A DNA stretch of 64,000 bases from a virus (IMGVR_UViG_2910441116_000002:1-64000), one strand, 5' to 3'; numbered from the stretch's first letter, positions 9,320-17,669 are shown. The notes: generated by a model from the sequence alone, not told the origin. Numbers and translations are program-made.

Positions 9320-9822
9320 AAGATTCCACAAGTAATTATTTATTTAAGTGATTCCACAAAAGTATTTATTCAATGCTCCGCAATTCTTTGCAAGTTCTTT
9401 ATTCCAGTTATTCCACAAGGTATTTATTCAATGATCTGCGAATCTTCAATTTCTTTATTCAGTTACTTATTTATTTTTGTGGAAATTATTTTTATTAATT
9501 AAATTAAACTTTGTGGATTCTTCTGTCTAAGTATTATTTTAAGTCTAAAAATTATTAAAGAGTCTAAAACATTATTCTCTTGATAAATTCGCTCAAAAAA
9601 TTAGCCAAATTCTCACACCTATGATAAATTAGCTAAAATTTTGTCAATTTTTATCATACCTATGATAATTCAGCAAATATTTTCACCTTTTTTATCATAG
9701 TTACTTTTGCGACTCCACACCCGATTACCCAAGTTGGTCAACTCACCACACACGGTTCCCCAAAAAATACCCTGTGGTATTCAATTCACAAGGTATTTAT
9801 TCATTTGCTCATTGTGGAATAA
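9320..9822. repeat. Putative replication origin: TTCCACAA repeats, three GTCTAA repeats, three 41-bp quasi-palindromic iterons
   Basis: TTCCACAA at 9324, 9352, 9411 and inverted at 9477, 9812; GTCTAA at 9525, 9543, 9562; TGATAA units at 9581, 9622, 9663 (41-bp period); very AT-rich. Confidence 0.7.
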
Positions 9823-11128
9823 TTGAGTTGCTTTGCAACTCGCAATCTTCGATTGCCATTCTTTTGACTTTGAACTTGTTCTTTTAATGTTTTTATCTTT
9901 CTTAACAGTTTTCATATCCACTTGTGACAATTGTGTGCTTCTCAATTCCTGCAATGTAAAATCCACTTGAAATTATACTGTGTATTTTTTAGACAGGAGT
10001 TGCAGTGGTTCAGGTACCCCCGTCCCCCGTTGGTGGGGTGTCAAGTTATTTTACTTAACATTGATTAATCCTTTGTATAGCCATGAGAGTAAAATATAGC
10101 CTCACTGAATAGCTTTGTAGTGTTTCGAGTGATATACCATTCATTGAATACTTGAGTCTTATTTGAGCCATTTATGAGCGAATGAGGAAATTCAGTCTCA
10201 ATAACTTGTGATCAATTACTTCAAAGTAACACAATAGATAGAGTGTTACATTCACATGTTATAATATCAATGTTTTCATGAATGTGAATAAAACCCTTGT
10301 GTATGCACTTGAATTAAAATACAAAATAACTTCCGATAACATATCATATGTAAACTAGTGTTGGTCATGGGCAAAACCATGTAAGCCTTGGTAGAGTAAG
10401 TTGGGGTGTGGTTTTTATTCCTTGAGTCAAAATGTATGAGAATCAATTGTTTTATGCAATGGTGTAGAACCCTTGATTTATAGGGATTTGTCATTTATAC
10501 CCACGGTGAAAAGGTGTATATGTCACATTGAATATTCCTTGTTGTTATCTCCTAATAAAAGGAGTAATGGCATGGATAGTTCAAGAGTTCTCAAGAAACC
10601 TCAACGCCTTAAAACAACATTGTTCCAAATACATGGAGAAACTTGTGGAGCGGTTGAAGGTCTCACGGTTCACCGCTCTCTCCAACGTGAAGGAATCGAA
10701 CAACCATTGTGTCAATACAAAGAAGTGCAATGATCTAACCATTGAGGTTCAACGGTATATACCCATGCAGGTATGCAATGATCGTGCTTTCCCTTTGTAA
10801 AAGAATATTTTAATCAAGCCTCTCTAACATACCCCTATCGGTATTTGAGTACCTTGATTACTTTACATTGCCTACAACAACGCATATAAAGGTGTAAAAT
10901 TACACCATACTACTCATTGTTATCTCTAATGAAAATCAAGTATTGGCAATGCCTTCTCAATAAAAGTTACAAGTACACACTACCTCTCTGAACAAATCTC
11001 TAAACCTGATCAGATTAACATTATAACTTGTATTATTGTACCAATGCTGGAACAACGATTAATATAACAAACGAGCATGCTTTGTTATACCAAGGACAAG
11101 GGGGATTGGTATACTAACCAACCCCGTG

Positions 11129-11941
11129 TTATCCAATTATTCCTCCCAAGGTATTCACTATCTGATTTCCAAGGTTAAACAAATTACTTCCTGCACTCGC
11201 TAACTCGTTTACTCCTCTTACCTTGTCCATTGCGGTTCTCATGATTGATTTCTTTGGGTTCTCACTTTCAGCTTCTTGAACTGCTACTTCTAAAAACTCA
11301 ACGGTTTCCTCTTTTTCTTGATCAGGAATCTCATTGCTCTGATTTAGTTCTTCAACAAATTTTTGAACTAATTCTCCTAGTCCTTCAACCCGTGTCTCGT
11401 TATAAGTTTGTTCAGCAGTTACTTGTCCTTGACTTTCTGCGTGGTTGAGTTGTCCCCTGAATTCATTGATAGAAAAATGTGTGCCCGATTTCTTATCATA
11501 TCCCAAATCAATTTTCACCTCCGTTAAATAAGTCACAATATGGTCAACAAGCTGTTTTACAATTTGATTGTTAAAACCGTCAACATGATTTTGAACCTTA
11601 GTGGAACTCCCATAACCATATGAAACACCTAAAATGTCAAGTTCATTATCTGAGATATAATTCAGCATTTGATAAATGAAGGCAATTTCTTCGGACTCTC
11701 GAATTGGCAATTCGTATCGGACATGATGACCTTCTTTCTCAAATACTTTTTCCATGTCAAACTCTTTAACATTGTTCTCTTTAATAAATTCATTAATCGT
11801 AGGTGATTCCTCAATAAACAGAAGAAACCTTTTCAAATTTTCATGGTAATTTTGGAAGTTACAGTTCAAAAACCTACTTGCTAATTTTCTGAAACTAATT
11901 GAAAGTTTTTCATATTCCTTCTCTGTCAACACTTCGCTCAA
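11129..11941 (-). CDS. Hypothetical 270-aa cargo protein (candidate defence)
   Basis: Start abuts the stop of the upstream Zn-ribbon gene; helical N-domain, N/Q/G-rich linker, small helical C-domain. Confidence 0.7.
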   Translation of the reverse strand: MSEVLTEKEYEKLSISFRKLASRFLNCNFQNYHENLKRFLLFIEESPTINEFIKENNVKEFDMEKVFEKEGHHVRYELPIRESEEIAFIYQMLNYISDNELDILGVSYGYGSSTKVQNHVDGFNNQIVKQLVDHIVTYLTEVKIDLGYDKKSGTHFSINEFRGQLNHAESQGQVTAEQTYNETRVEGLGELVQKFVEELNQSNEIPDQEKEETVEFLEVAVQEAESENPKKSIMRTAMDKVRGVNELASAGSNLFNLGNQIVNTLGGIIG

Positions 11942-12376
11942 TTAATTCACCCCACAATATGGACAATAAATTGTATCTCTTGTTTGGTCTCCGTGTATCT
12001 TTATCGTTTTGTTACAACAATGAAGCTTAACTTGCTCCAAATTCTCATCTTCGATTAATTCCTTGGGTTGCTCCTCTTTCATCTTTTTACAATCAAAAGT
12101 AAGACCAGAACCTTTCATGCTCCGCTTTGACTTCTTGAATGTTTTATTAATTTCTTGTTTCATGTAGTTCATAGCAAGCGTTTGAGCATGTTCAATAACG
12201 GCTTCAGGTATGAAATTACTACTATCATCCGTAAGACCACAACTAGGACAGAATAGTTCTAAAGTGTCCTCTGCGTCTATATCACCGCCCAATGCCTTAA
12301 ATCTCTGCTTGCAATATGGACATTCTAATGAATAATACCCCTCACTGTCAGTCGGTATTGAGATATTTTCCTCCAC
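11942..12376 (-). CDS. Zinc-ribbon protein (CPYC, CPSC, HCC, CPYC)
   Basis: Four Cys clusters; GTG start at 12376 after GGAGGTGA; extended -10 TGATATAAT upstream. Confidence 0.75.
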   Translation of the reverse strand: MEENISIPTDSEGYYSLECPYCKQRFKALGGDIDAEDTLELFCPSCGLTDDSSNFIPEAVIEHAQTLAMNYMKQEINKTFKKSKRSMKGSGLTFDCKKMKEEQPKELIEDENLEQVKLHCCNKTIKIHGDQTRDTIYCPYCGVN

Positions 12377-12476
12377 GCTATCACCTCCATAGTAATACAC
12401 CTATTATATCACTGTGTTGTTATTTTTTGGGTATTTATAATTATTATTTGCTACAATAAGACAAAAAAAAGACTCC

Positions 12477-12575
12477 CTATTTGGAAGCCTTCAAGATTGC
12501 TTTTATTAACTTTTCCGGGTCAGGTTTTCCGTGGCTCGTAACAGTACCCACACCTTTTATATGCTTTGAACTCAT
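12477..12575 (-). CDS. Unlisted 32-aa basic peptide MSSKHIKGVGTVTSHGKPDPEKLIKAILKASK
   Basis: Strong SD AAGGAGGTG just before ATG; ends inside the terminator closing the integrase unit. Confidence 0.6.
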   Translation of the reverse strand: MSSKHIKGVGTVTSHGKPDPEKLIKAILKASK

Positions 12576-12634
12576 GTTGACCACCTCCTTCTTTTGTTTC
12601 CACACGGAATAATGATCTACCTTCCACCATGCTT

Positions 12635-13609
12635 CTACACTCTTTTTTCTAAATGCTTCAATGGTGAAAACTTCATGTGATTGTAGTTCACTTCTTCACT
12701 AAACAAGTTCACATATTTCTTTGTCATGCTCATGTCCGTATGTCCCAATAATCTTTGTAAGGTAAATGGGTCTGCTCCCCCAACTACACACAAACGAGCA
12801 AAAGTATGTCTAAAGGTGTGGCAGGAACAACGCACTCCTTTTAAATTTGCTTTTTTACCATAGTAGGTAATTCTAGATTGAAGTTGTCTCTTTGTTAAGG
12901 GAGTTTCGTCAATGGTTATAAACAAAGAATCACATTCACATACCCCTCTTATTGAAAGCCAACGTTCTAACATTTTAGCCATTGTATTTTGGAAAGGCAA
13001 GATTCTTTGATAGTAAGTTTTTGTATGCTTTACGTGGATTACGCCTTCTTTTAGCTTTATGTCATGTATTGAAAGGTTAGAGAGTTCATTGGCTCTCATA
13101 CCTGTTTCAAGCAATAAAAGCATAATCGTGTAATCCCTAATTCCAATGAACGTATGCAGGTCAGGTTGCCGAAACAAATGATTTAATTGTTCAGTTGTAA
13201 AGGTCTCCACAATTGTTTCCCTGTCCTTGAGAAGTTTTACAGATTTCATTGGATTGTTCTTTATGTAATTCTCACGGTGTAAATAATTAAAGTAAGATCG
13301 TATGGCACGTAATCTTGTGTTTATTGTGACTGTCTTTATACCTTGTTTCTTCATATAAAGTATCACATTGTTTTTTATAATGTTAGTGGTAATTTTTGAA
13401 GGAGAGGTATCAATCTCTTGTTCCCTCAAATGTTTGTAATAAACATTGAGTTCATTACGGTAATAATTAATGGTGTACGGTCTCAAGTTTCTAATGTTGC
13501 AATCATCTAAAAACAACTCAAGTGAATCCTGAAAGCTAATTTGAATAAGTGAAAAATCATTGTGGAGAGTGGCAAGTTCTTGTGGGGACAATTGCAAGTT
13601 CCTTCTCAA
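12635..13609 (-). CDS. int: Tyrosine recombinase/integrase
   Basis: N-terminal core-binding region, TGMRANEL (R), KHTK, HTFRH, LGH and catalytic Y (MTKKY); adjacent to tRNA 3' end. Confidence 0.95.
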   Translation of the reverse strand: MRRNLQLSPQELATLHNDFSLIQISFQDSLELFLDDCNIRNLRPYTINYYRNELNVYYKHLREQEIDTSPSKITTNIIKNNVILYMKKQGIKTVTINTRLRAIRSYFNYLHRENYIKNNPMKSVKLLKDRETIVETFTTEQLNHLFRQPDLHTFIGIRDYTIMLLLLETGMRANELSNLSIHDIKLKEGVIHVKHTKTYYQRILPFQNTMAKMLERWLSIRGVCECDSLFITIDETPLTKRQLQSRITYYGKKANLKGVRCSCHTFRHTFARLCVVGGADPFTLQRLLGHTDMSMTKKYVNLFSEEVNYNHMKFSPLKHLEKRV

Positions 13610-13736
13610 TGTTATTCCTCCTTAGAATTACATACGAGTTGGAACATACGATTATTTGAGGGAAAATCGTGTGAAGTAAACACAAAAAAGACTCCCTCAA
13701 CGCATTGAGGAAGCCCATTGTTTCAACACTTATTAG

Positions 13737-13818
13737 TACCGGTGGTCGGGTTCGAACCGACACTCCCGAAGGAACACGATTTTGAGTCGTGCGCGTCTGC
13801 CAATTCCGCCACACCGGC
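13737..13818 (-). tRNA. tRNA-Leu (anticodon CAA), CCA not encoded
   Basis: GCCGGTGTGGCGGAATTGGCAGACGCGCACGACTCAAAATCGTGTTCCTTCGGGAGTGTCGGTTCGAACCCGACCACCGGTA folds as a cloverleaf with long variable arm; followed by CTA. Confidence 0.97.
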
Positions 13819-13965
13819 TCTGTGCCGCGCTTGAACGCGGTTAGGGGTGCGTATTACCCCGATAGGGTTCGTACGACCCGTCTGTTTCTGCGATAATCGC
13901 ACCGTTATGTCATACGATTTAGTCGTTGCGCGCCTGAATCGTGCGCACCTAAACGGACAATTAAT

Positions 13966-13995
13966 AATATAGCACGCGTGATAGATTTACGTCAA
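13966..13995 (-). promoter_or_regulatory. SigmaA-like promoter reading into tRNA-Leu
   Basis: TTGACG-N18-TATATT with extended TGn motif, overlapping stop of the 267-aa gene. Confidence 0.65.
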
Positions 13996-14790
13996 GCCTT
14001 CGAGCCAATCGTACGTAATTAATTTCGCCTCGCCTTTTTCCTCCGCGTCCGTCCAGGCGTTTCTCCGCGCAACTTCCGCCGCCGCTTTTTCGAAAGCAAC
14101 GTACAGGTACCGTTCAATGTTCCGGATTAATCCGCGCTTTGCCTTGAACATGACCGCGTTGAACGCCTCGACGTATGGCGCGGAGTCGTTTTCGATTAGC
14201 GTTGATGGCGCGACCTTGCGTTTTGCTTTAAGGAGAAGGCCGTAATATTTATATAATACGTCGGAGTTCACGAAGGGTGACATCGCCTTATAGACCGCGG
14301 AAGGCAACGCCGACCGCAACGCATTGTTAGGAACGCGCGGAGTATCTTTGTTTATAGTATGTTTTAATAGCTTAATAGAATCCGATGGTTCGTTTTCGTT
14401 TCGTCCGTCTTCCGCTTTACTCTCCGTAAGCTTTTCGCCATCTGCCCGAGTGGACACGCTCGACTGGTCACTTGGAAGAATCACGATTATATTAGCGCCT
14501 TTTCCTCCGTTAACTTTCCGTACAGTTGCGTGCTTTTTTACGATGCCTAACCGTTCGAGCTTCGTAAGTACGCGCCGAGCAGTCTTAACGGACTTTCCGA
14601 TGGCTTTCCCGATAGAGTCCGCTTTGAGGTGCGCGGCGCCTGCGTATTTAACGGCGTATCTTGCGATGAGTTTAAGCGTCGTGCGATCCGTTTCGTTGAG
14701 GTCGTATGTATGATTACGGATATGTTCGTAGATTGCCCGGTTGAGCTGCGCGGTATTTTCGAACGTGCTGAATTCGTTAAGATAGTGCAT
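13987..14790 (-). CDS. Winged-HTH DNA-binding protein (Rep-like, associated with FtsK/relaxase module)
   Basis: KADSIGKAIGKSVKTARRVLTKLERLGIVK..GGKGANI. Confidence 0.75.
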   Translation of the reverse strand: MHYLNEFSTFENTAQLNRAIYEHIRNHTYDLNETDRTTLKLIARYAVKYAGAAHLKADSIGKAIGKSVKTARRVLTKLERLGIVKKHATVRKVNGGKGANIIVILPSDQSSVSTRADGEKLTESKAEDGRNENEPSDSIKLLKHTINKDTPRVPNNALRSALPSAVYKAMSPFVNSDVLYKYYGLLLKAKRKVAPSTLIENDSAPYVEAFNAVMFKAKRGLIRNIERYLYVAFEKAAAEVARRNAWTDAEEKGEAKLITYDWLEGLT

Positions 14791-14829
14791 AGTTTTCGCT
14801 CCCTTTTCGCAATTCTCGCTATTACGTAA

Positions 14830-14922
14830 ATTCGAAATTGCGTAATCTATACTACGAGTTTAAATTACGAAATTACGTAAGTCAATGAAAAACTTTACGC
14901 GATTACGAAATTTTAGTATAAT
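14830..14922. promoter_or_regulatory. Divergent sigmaA promoters with three 16-bp operators
   Basis: Plus: TTTACG-N17-TATAAT (14894-14922); minus: TTGACT-N17-TAAACT (14885-14857); TTACGAAATTACGTAA-like sites at 14830, 14865, 14895. Confidence 0.7.
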
Positions 14923-14956
14923 CTACGTAAGATAAGAATATAGGGAGGCGTTATAA

Positions 14957-15166
14957 ATGAGGCTATATTTAAAGGTGGATAAAGTTTTAAAAGCGAGGGG
15001 TATGACGCAAAAAGAATTGGCCGACCGAACAGGTGTCCGATCAGCCGCAATTAACGAAATGTGTTCGAACTATCGCACGGCCATTAACCGTGATTACGTC
15101 GGAAAGATTGCGGAGGCTTTGCAAATTACGGATGTCTCGGAGTTATTGGAGTTCCGTGAAGATTAA
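14957..15166 (+). CDS. XRE-family HTH repressor
   Basis: RGMTQKELADRTGVRSAAINEMC; RBS GGGAGG. Confidence 0.9.
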   Translation: MRLYLKVDKVLKARGMTQKELADRTGVRSAAINEMCSNYRTAINRDYVGKIAEALQITDVSELLEFRED

Positions 15167-15606
15167 ATCGCCTGCCCGACGCCGGCAAGTAAATCGATGA
15201 ATAGAGGCGACATTTGTACGAGGACGTATCCGATGCCCGCCTTCATCAATAAACCGTAACCTTTGTCGTTCAGTCCGATCATGACTAACAACGCGCCACC
15301 CGTCACCATGACGCCGGCAATCGGAAGCGACAACGCAATCATGACGTCAATGATCGGATCAAACGCGTTCGTTATCTGCGTACGGATTGCGTCACCGACC
15401 GCGTTCGCTTGGATTACGTCGGGGCTTCCCGAAACCTCCGCGAATGACCGAGAAGGCAACGCCAGCGCAACCGGTGTTAGTACGCCTAGTTTTGCGGCTT
15501 TTTTGACGCGGGAATTAACGTTTTTGTTCGCTTTCGGAGCCGTAACCCCTCCGCTCATGAAATCCTTGAAATCGACCGTTTTCGTGCGGTTAAATAGTGC
15601 GCCCAT
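15163..15606 (-). CDS. TrbC/VirB2 pilin-like membrane protein
   Basis: Signal-like LALPSRSFA then two hydrophobic helices separated by a short charged loop. Confidence 0.6.
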   Translation of the reverse strand: MGALFNRTKTVDFKDFMSGGVTAPKANKNVNSRVKKAAKLGVLTPVALALPSRSFAEVSGSPDVIQANAVGDAIRTQITNAFDPIIDVMIALSLPIAGVMVTGGALLVMIGLNDKGYGLLMKAGIGYVLVQMSPLFIDLLAGVGQAI

Positions 15607-15621
15607 AGTTCCGCGCCTCCT

Positions 15622-16206
15622 TCATAATATTTCGTTCAGCGTGTAAACCTGACCGGGAAGTCCGTTCATTAACCGGTTGAGTGTCGCTCGCCTACTTTCC
15701 AATTCCGTCACCCATATGAGAAAGAACGGCTCTTGTGAGTTCCGCAACATTTTCGCGTACTTCTCGATTTTCCGGCTGTTCGTCGCCATCGGCTGAGATA
15801 CGTCGACTTCTACGAATACCTTCGCGTCCTTATACTTGAACATGGCGTCAGCTACGATCGACTCCTTTCCGATAACCATTTTAACTTCGTTTTCCCAGGA
15901 CTTCGGGCGTTTCCAGTAAATATAAAGCTGATTACGGATAAGGAAGTGCTGAACGTTCGGCGTTTTCTTGCGCGTAGTCGTGCACTGTACACGTTCCCTT
16001 CCGGCTTTGTTGAGCGTATAAACCTTCTCCCACCCGTTTCGAAACGAGTTTAAATACGCTGACATATCGTTTAAAATTCGGTTGGCGTTTCGGTCACCTT
16101 TTAGCCGGTGCATCGTTTGAATTTGTGACCGCGTAAGATAATCATACCTTTTCAACGATAAGAGGATGTTTTCGATCCTCTGTTCTTTCGCTGCGCTTTT
16201 GTTCAA
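15622..16206 (-). CDS. Replication-relaxation (Replic_Relax) family protein
   Basis: LTRSQI..H, H..IRN, AD....VFVEVD....KIEKY motifs; follows FtsK. Confidence 0.8.
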   Translation of the reverse strand: MNKSAAKEQRIENILLSLKRYDYLTRSQIQTMHRLKGDRNANRILNDMSAYLNSFRNGWEKVYTLNKAGRERVQCTTTRKKTPNVQHFLIRNQLYIYWKRPKSWENEVKMVIGKESIVADAMFKYKDAKVFVEVDVSQPMATNSRKIEKYAKMLRNSQEPFFLIWVTELESRRATLNRLMNGLPGQVYTLNEIL

Positions 16207-17422
16207 ACCGGTCGCCTCCTTTTGCCTTTACGTTGATGTGCGGTTTAACTTGGCGCTCGACTTCCTTATTCGTAATATATGGAGTTTGGATAATTACATT
16301 TTTCACGCGTCGATAAATCGCCCGCCCTTCGATTTCCGGCAAATCTTCCGCGCCACCTTCGTCAAGCACCGCCCGGCTCGCCGCGTTCGTCTCGAGTACG
16401 AAACAAACGCGTCCTCCGATGTTTTGGCGTACCTGCGAGGGTAGCGTTTCATTCGTCGGGTACTGGGTTGCGTAGATTAAACGTACTCCCGCACCCCTGC
16501 CTTGTCGGGATAAATCCGTAATGATTTCCATAGCTTCGTCGTTGTCGGAGAGATCGGCCGCCTCGTCGATGATTACGAAATGGCGGTCGGGAATACCCGC
16601 CTCTATAACGTCCTCATGTCCGTTCTGAACGAGTTTGCGGAGTACGGAGGACATACGTCGCTGAATCGCTTTTAATTCGTCTAACGCCTCCTCAGGCCCC
16701 GTTGCGTATCCGGAAACTTGCGTCATGTTCCGGAACCGCTGAAACGCCGTTCCGCCTTTTAAGTCGATTAACGTAAAGCTGACGTCGGTCGGCTTTTGGC
16801 GTACGAGGGACGTAATCAGCAGCTTCAAAAATTGCGACTTGCCGAAGCCGGTCGCGCCAGCTACGATCATGTGCGGCCTCTTCTCAAAGTTGTGGTAAAC
16901 GTCCGAACTCCTCGACTTGCCGACAATCACCCGCCAACCTTTCGTTAAATAAGCGTCACTCCACGGCAGGTTATCCGTCAAAGGTTCGTCGTAAACTTTA
17001 ATACATAGCATACCGTCGAAGGTAACGTCGATCTCCTTCCGCTTGGTGCGTTGTTCCGTGATTATCTTGCGTATTTGTTCGAGAGCCGGCCGAAGCCCTT
17101 CTGCCCACTCGACGGTTAAGAAATCACGCGGATCAAATTCGAAATACTTACCACGTACGTTCAAGCCGTCCTCGATGACCGCTTTATTTTCGATGATTTT
17201 TCGTGAAGATACGCCGAGTGGAAGCTGAACGACGTACTCTACGCCACCTTCGATTTTTCGTTTGCGGTGAATACGGGCGTTTGCATCGCGTACATTCCAT
17301 CCGGCGTTTGCGAAAATCCGCTGAATCTTTTCGCCTTCGTTCGTTGCTCCTCCGTTTGTTTTCAGATAAGAATAACCGGCTACTCCCGCCATTAAAACAG
17401 TCGTTCCGATTTCTACGAACAT
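16142..17422 (-). CDS. FtsK/SpoIIIE-family ATPase with N-terminal membrane anchor
   Basis: PHMIVAGATGFGKS Walker A, IDLKGG, IIDEAA Walker B, GRGAG..ATQ. Confidence 0.93.
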   Translation of the reverse strand: MFVEIGTTVLMAGVAGYSYLKTNGGATNEGEKIQRIFANAGWNVRDANARIHRKRKIEGGVEYVVQLPLGVSSRKIIENKAVIEDGLNVRGKYFEFDPRDFLTVEWAEGLRPALEQIRKIITEQRTKRKEIDVTFDGMLCIKVYDEPLTDNLPWSDAYLTKGWRVIVGKSRSSDVYHNFEKRPHMIVAGATGFGKSQFLKLLITSLVRQKPTDVSFTLIDLKGGTAFQRFRNMTQVSGYATGPEEALDELKAIQRRMSSVLRKLVQNGHEDVIEAGIPDRHFVIIDEAADLSDNDEAMEIITDLSRQGRGAGVRLIYATQYPTNETLPSQVRQNIGGRVCFVLETNAASRAVLDEGGAEDLPEIEGRAIYRRVKNVIIQTPYITNKEVERQVKPHINVKAKGGDRFEQKRSERTEDRKHPLIVEKV

Positions 17423-17669
17423 CGCGCCACCTCCTTAGGTATTTACAACGTAAATAGTTCACCGGGAAAAGAACGTTCCGAATTGGGCGTTATCCGCACA
17501 GTTAGGGGATTAGGAACATTCCGGCTAAAATTCTGCTGCGGCATTTACTTAAGAATATTCCGCAATTTCGTAATTTATGCGAAAAAATTCGTATTCTCGG
17601 AAGGATGGGCGGAAGTAGTTAAAGAAGACAAAAAAAATAAGCGACCCTCCGAAGAGAGCCGCCGTAAAA

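Larger units (their letters stand above)
1..13736 (-). mobile_element. Integrative phage-satellite-like element (int, rep/ori, XRE, TerS-like, tape measure protein, cargo) inserted at the 3' end of tRNA-Leu; left boundary outside window
   Basis: Tyrosine integrase directly downstream of tRNA 3' end; AT-richer than the adjacent prophage; all convincing genes co-oriented; no capsid/portal/TerL recognisable; no second tRNA 3' fragment seen in window. Confidence 0.75.

Noticed and set aside
9324-9420. TTATTCCACA / TTCCACAA as DnaA boxes
   Set aside because: Do not fit the 9-mer TTATNCACA register; treated as element-specific repeats
9577-9700. 41-bp repeats (and the 23-bp repeats at 41578-41640) as CRISPR arrays
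   Set aside because: Units are contiguous with no unique spacers; the Cas4-like nuclease at 55534 sits in a replication operon with no cas1/cas2
9781-10800. Short ORFs 9781-9966, 10276-10494, 10473-10733, 10528-10800
   Set aside because: No convincing SD/start pairing, overlapping frames, unprotein-like composition
13557-13814. 85-aa ORF MWRNWQTRTTQNRVP...
   Set aside because: Translation shadow of the tRNA-Leu gene
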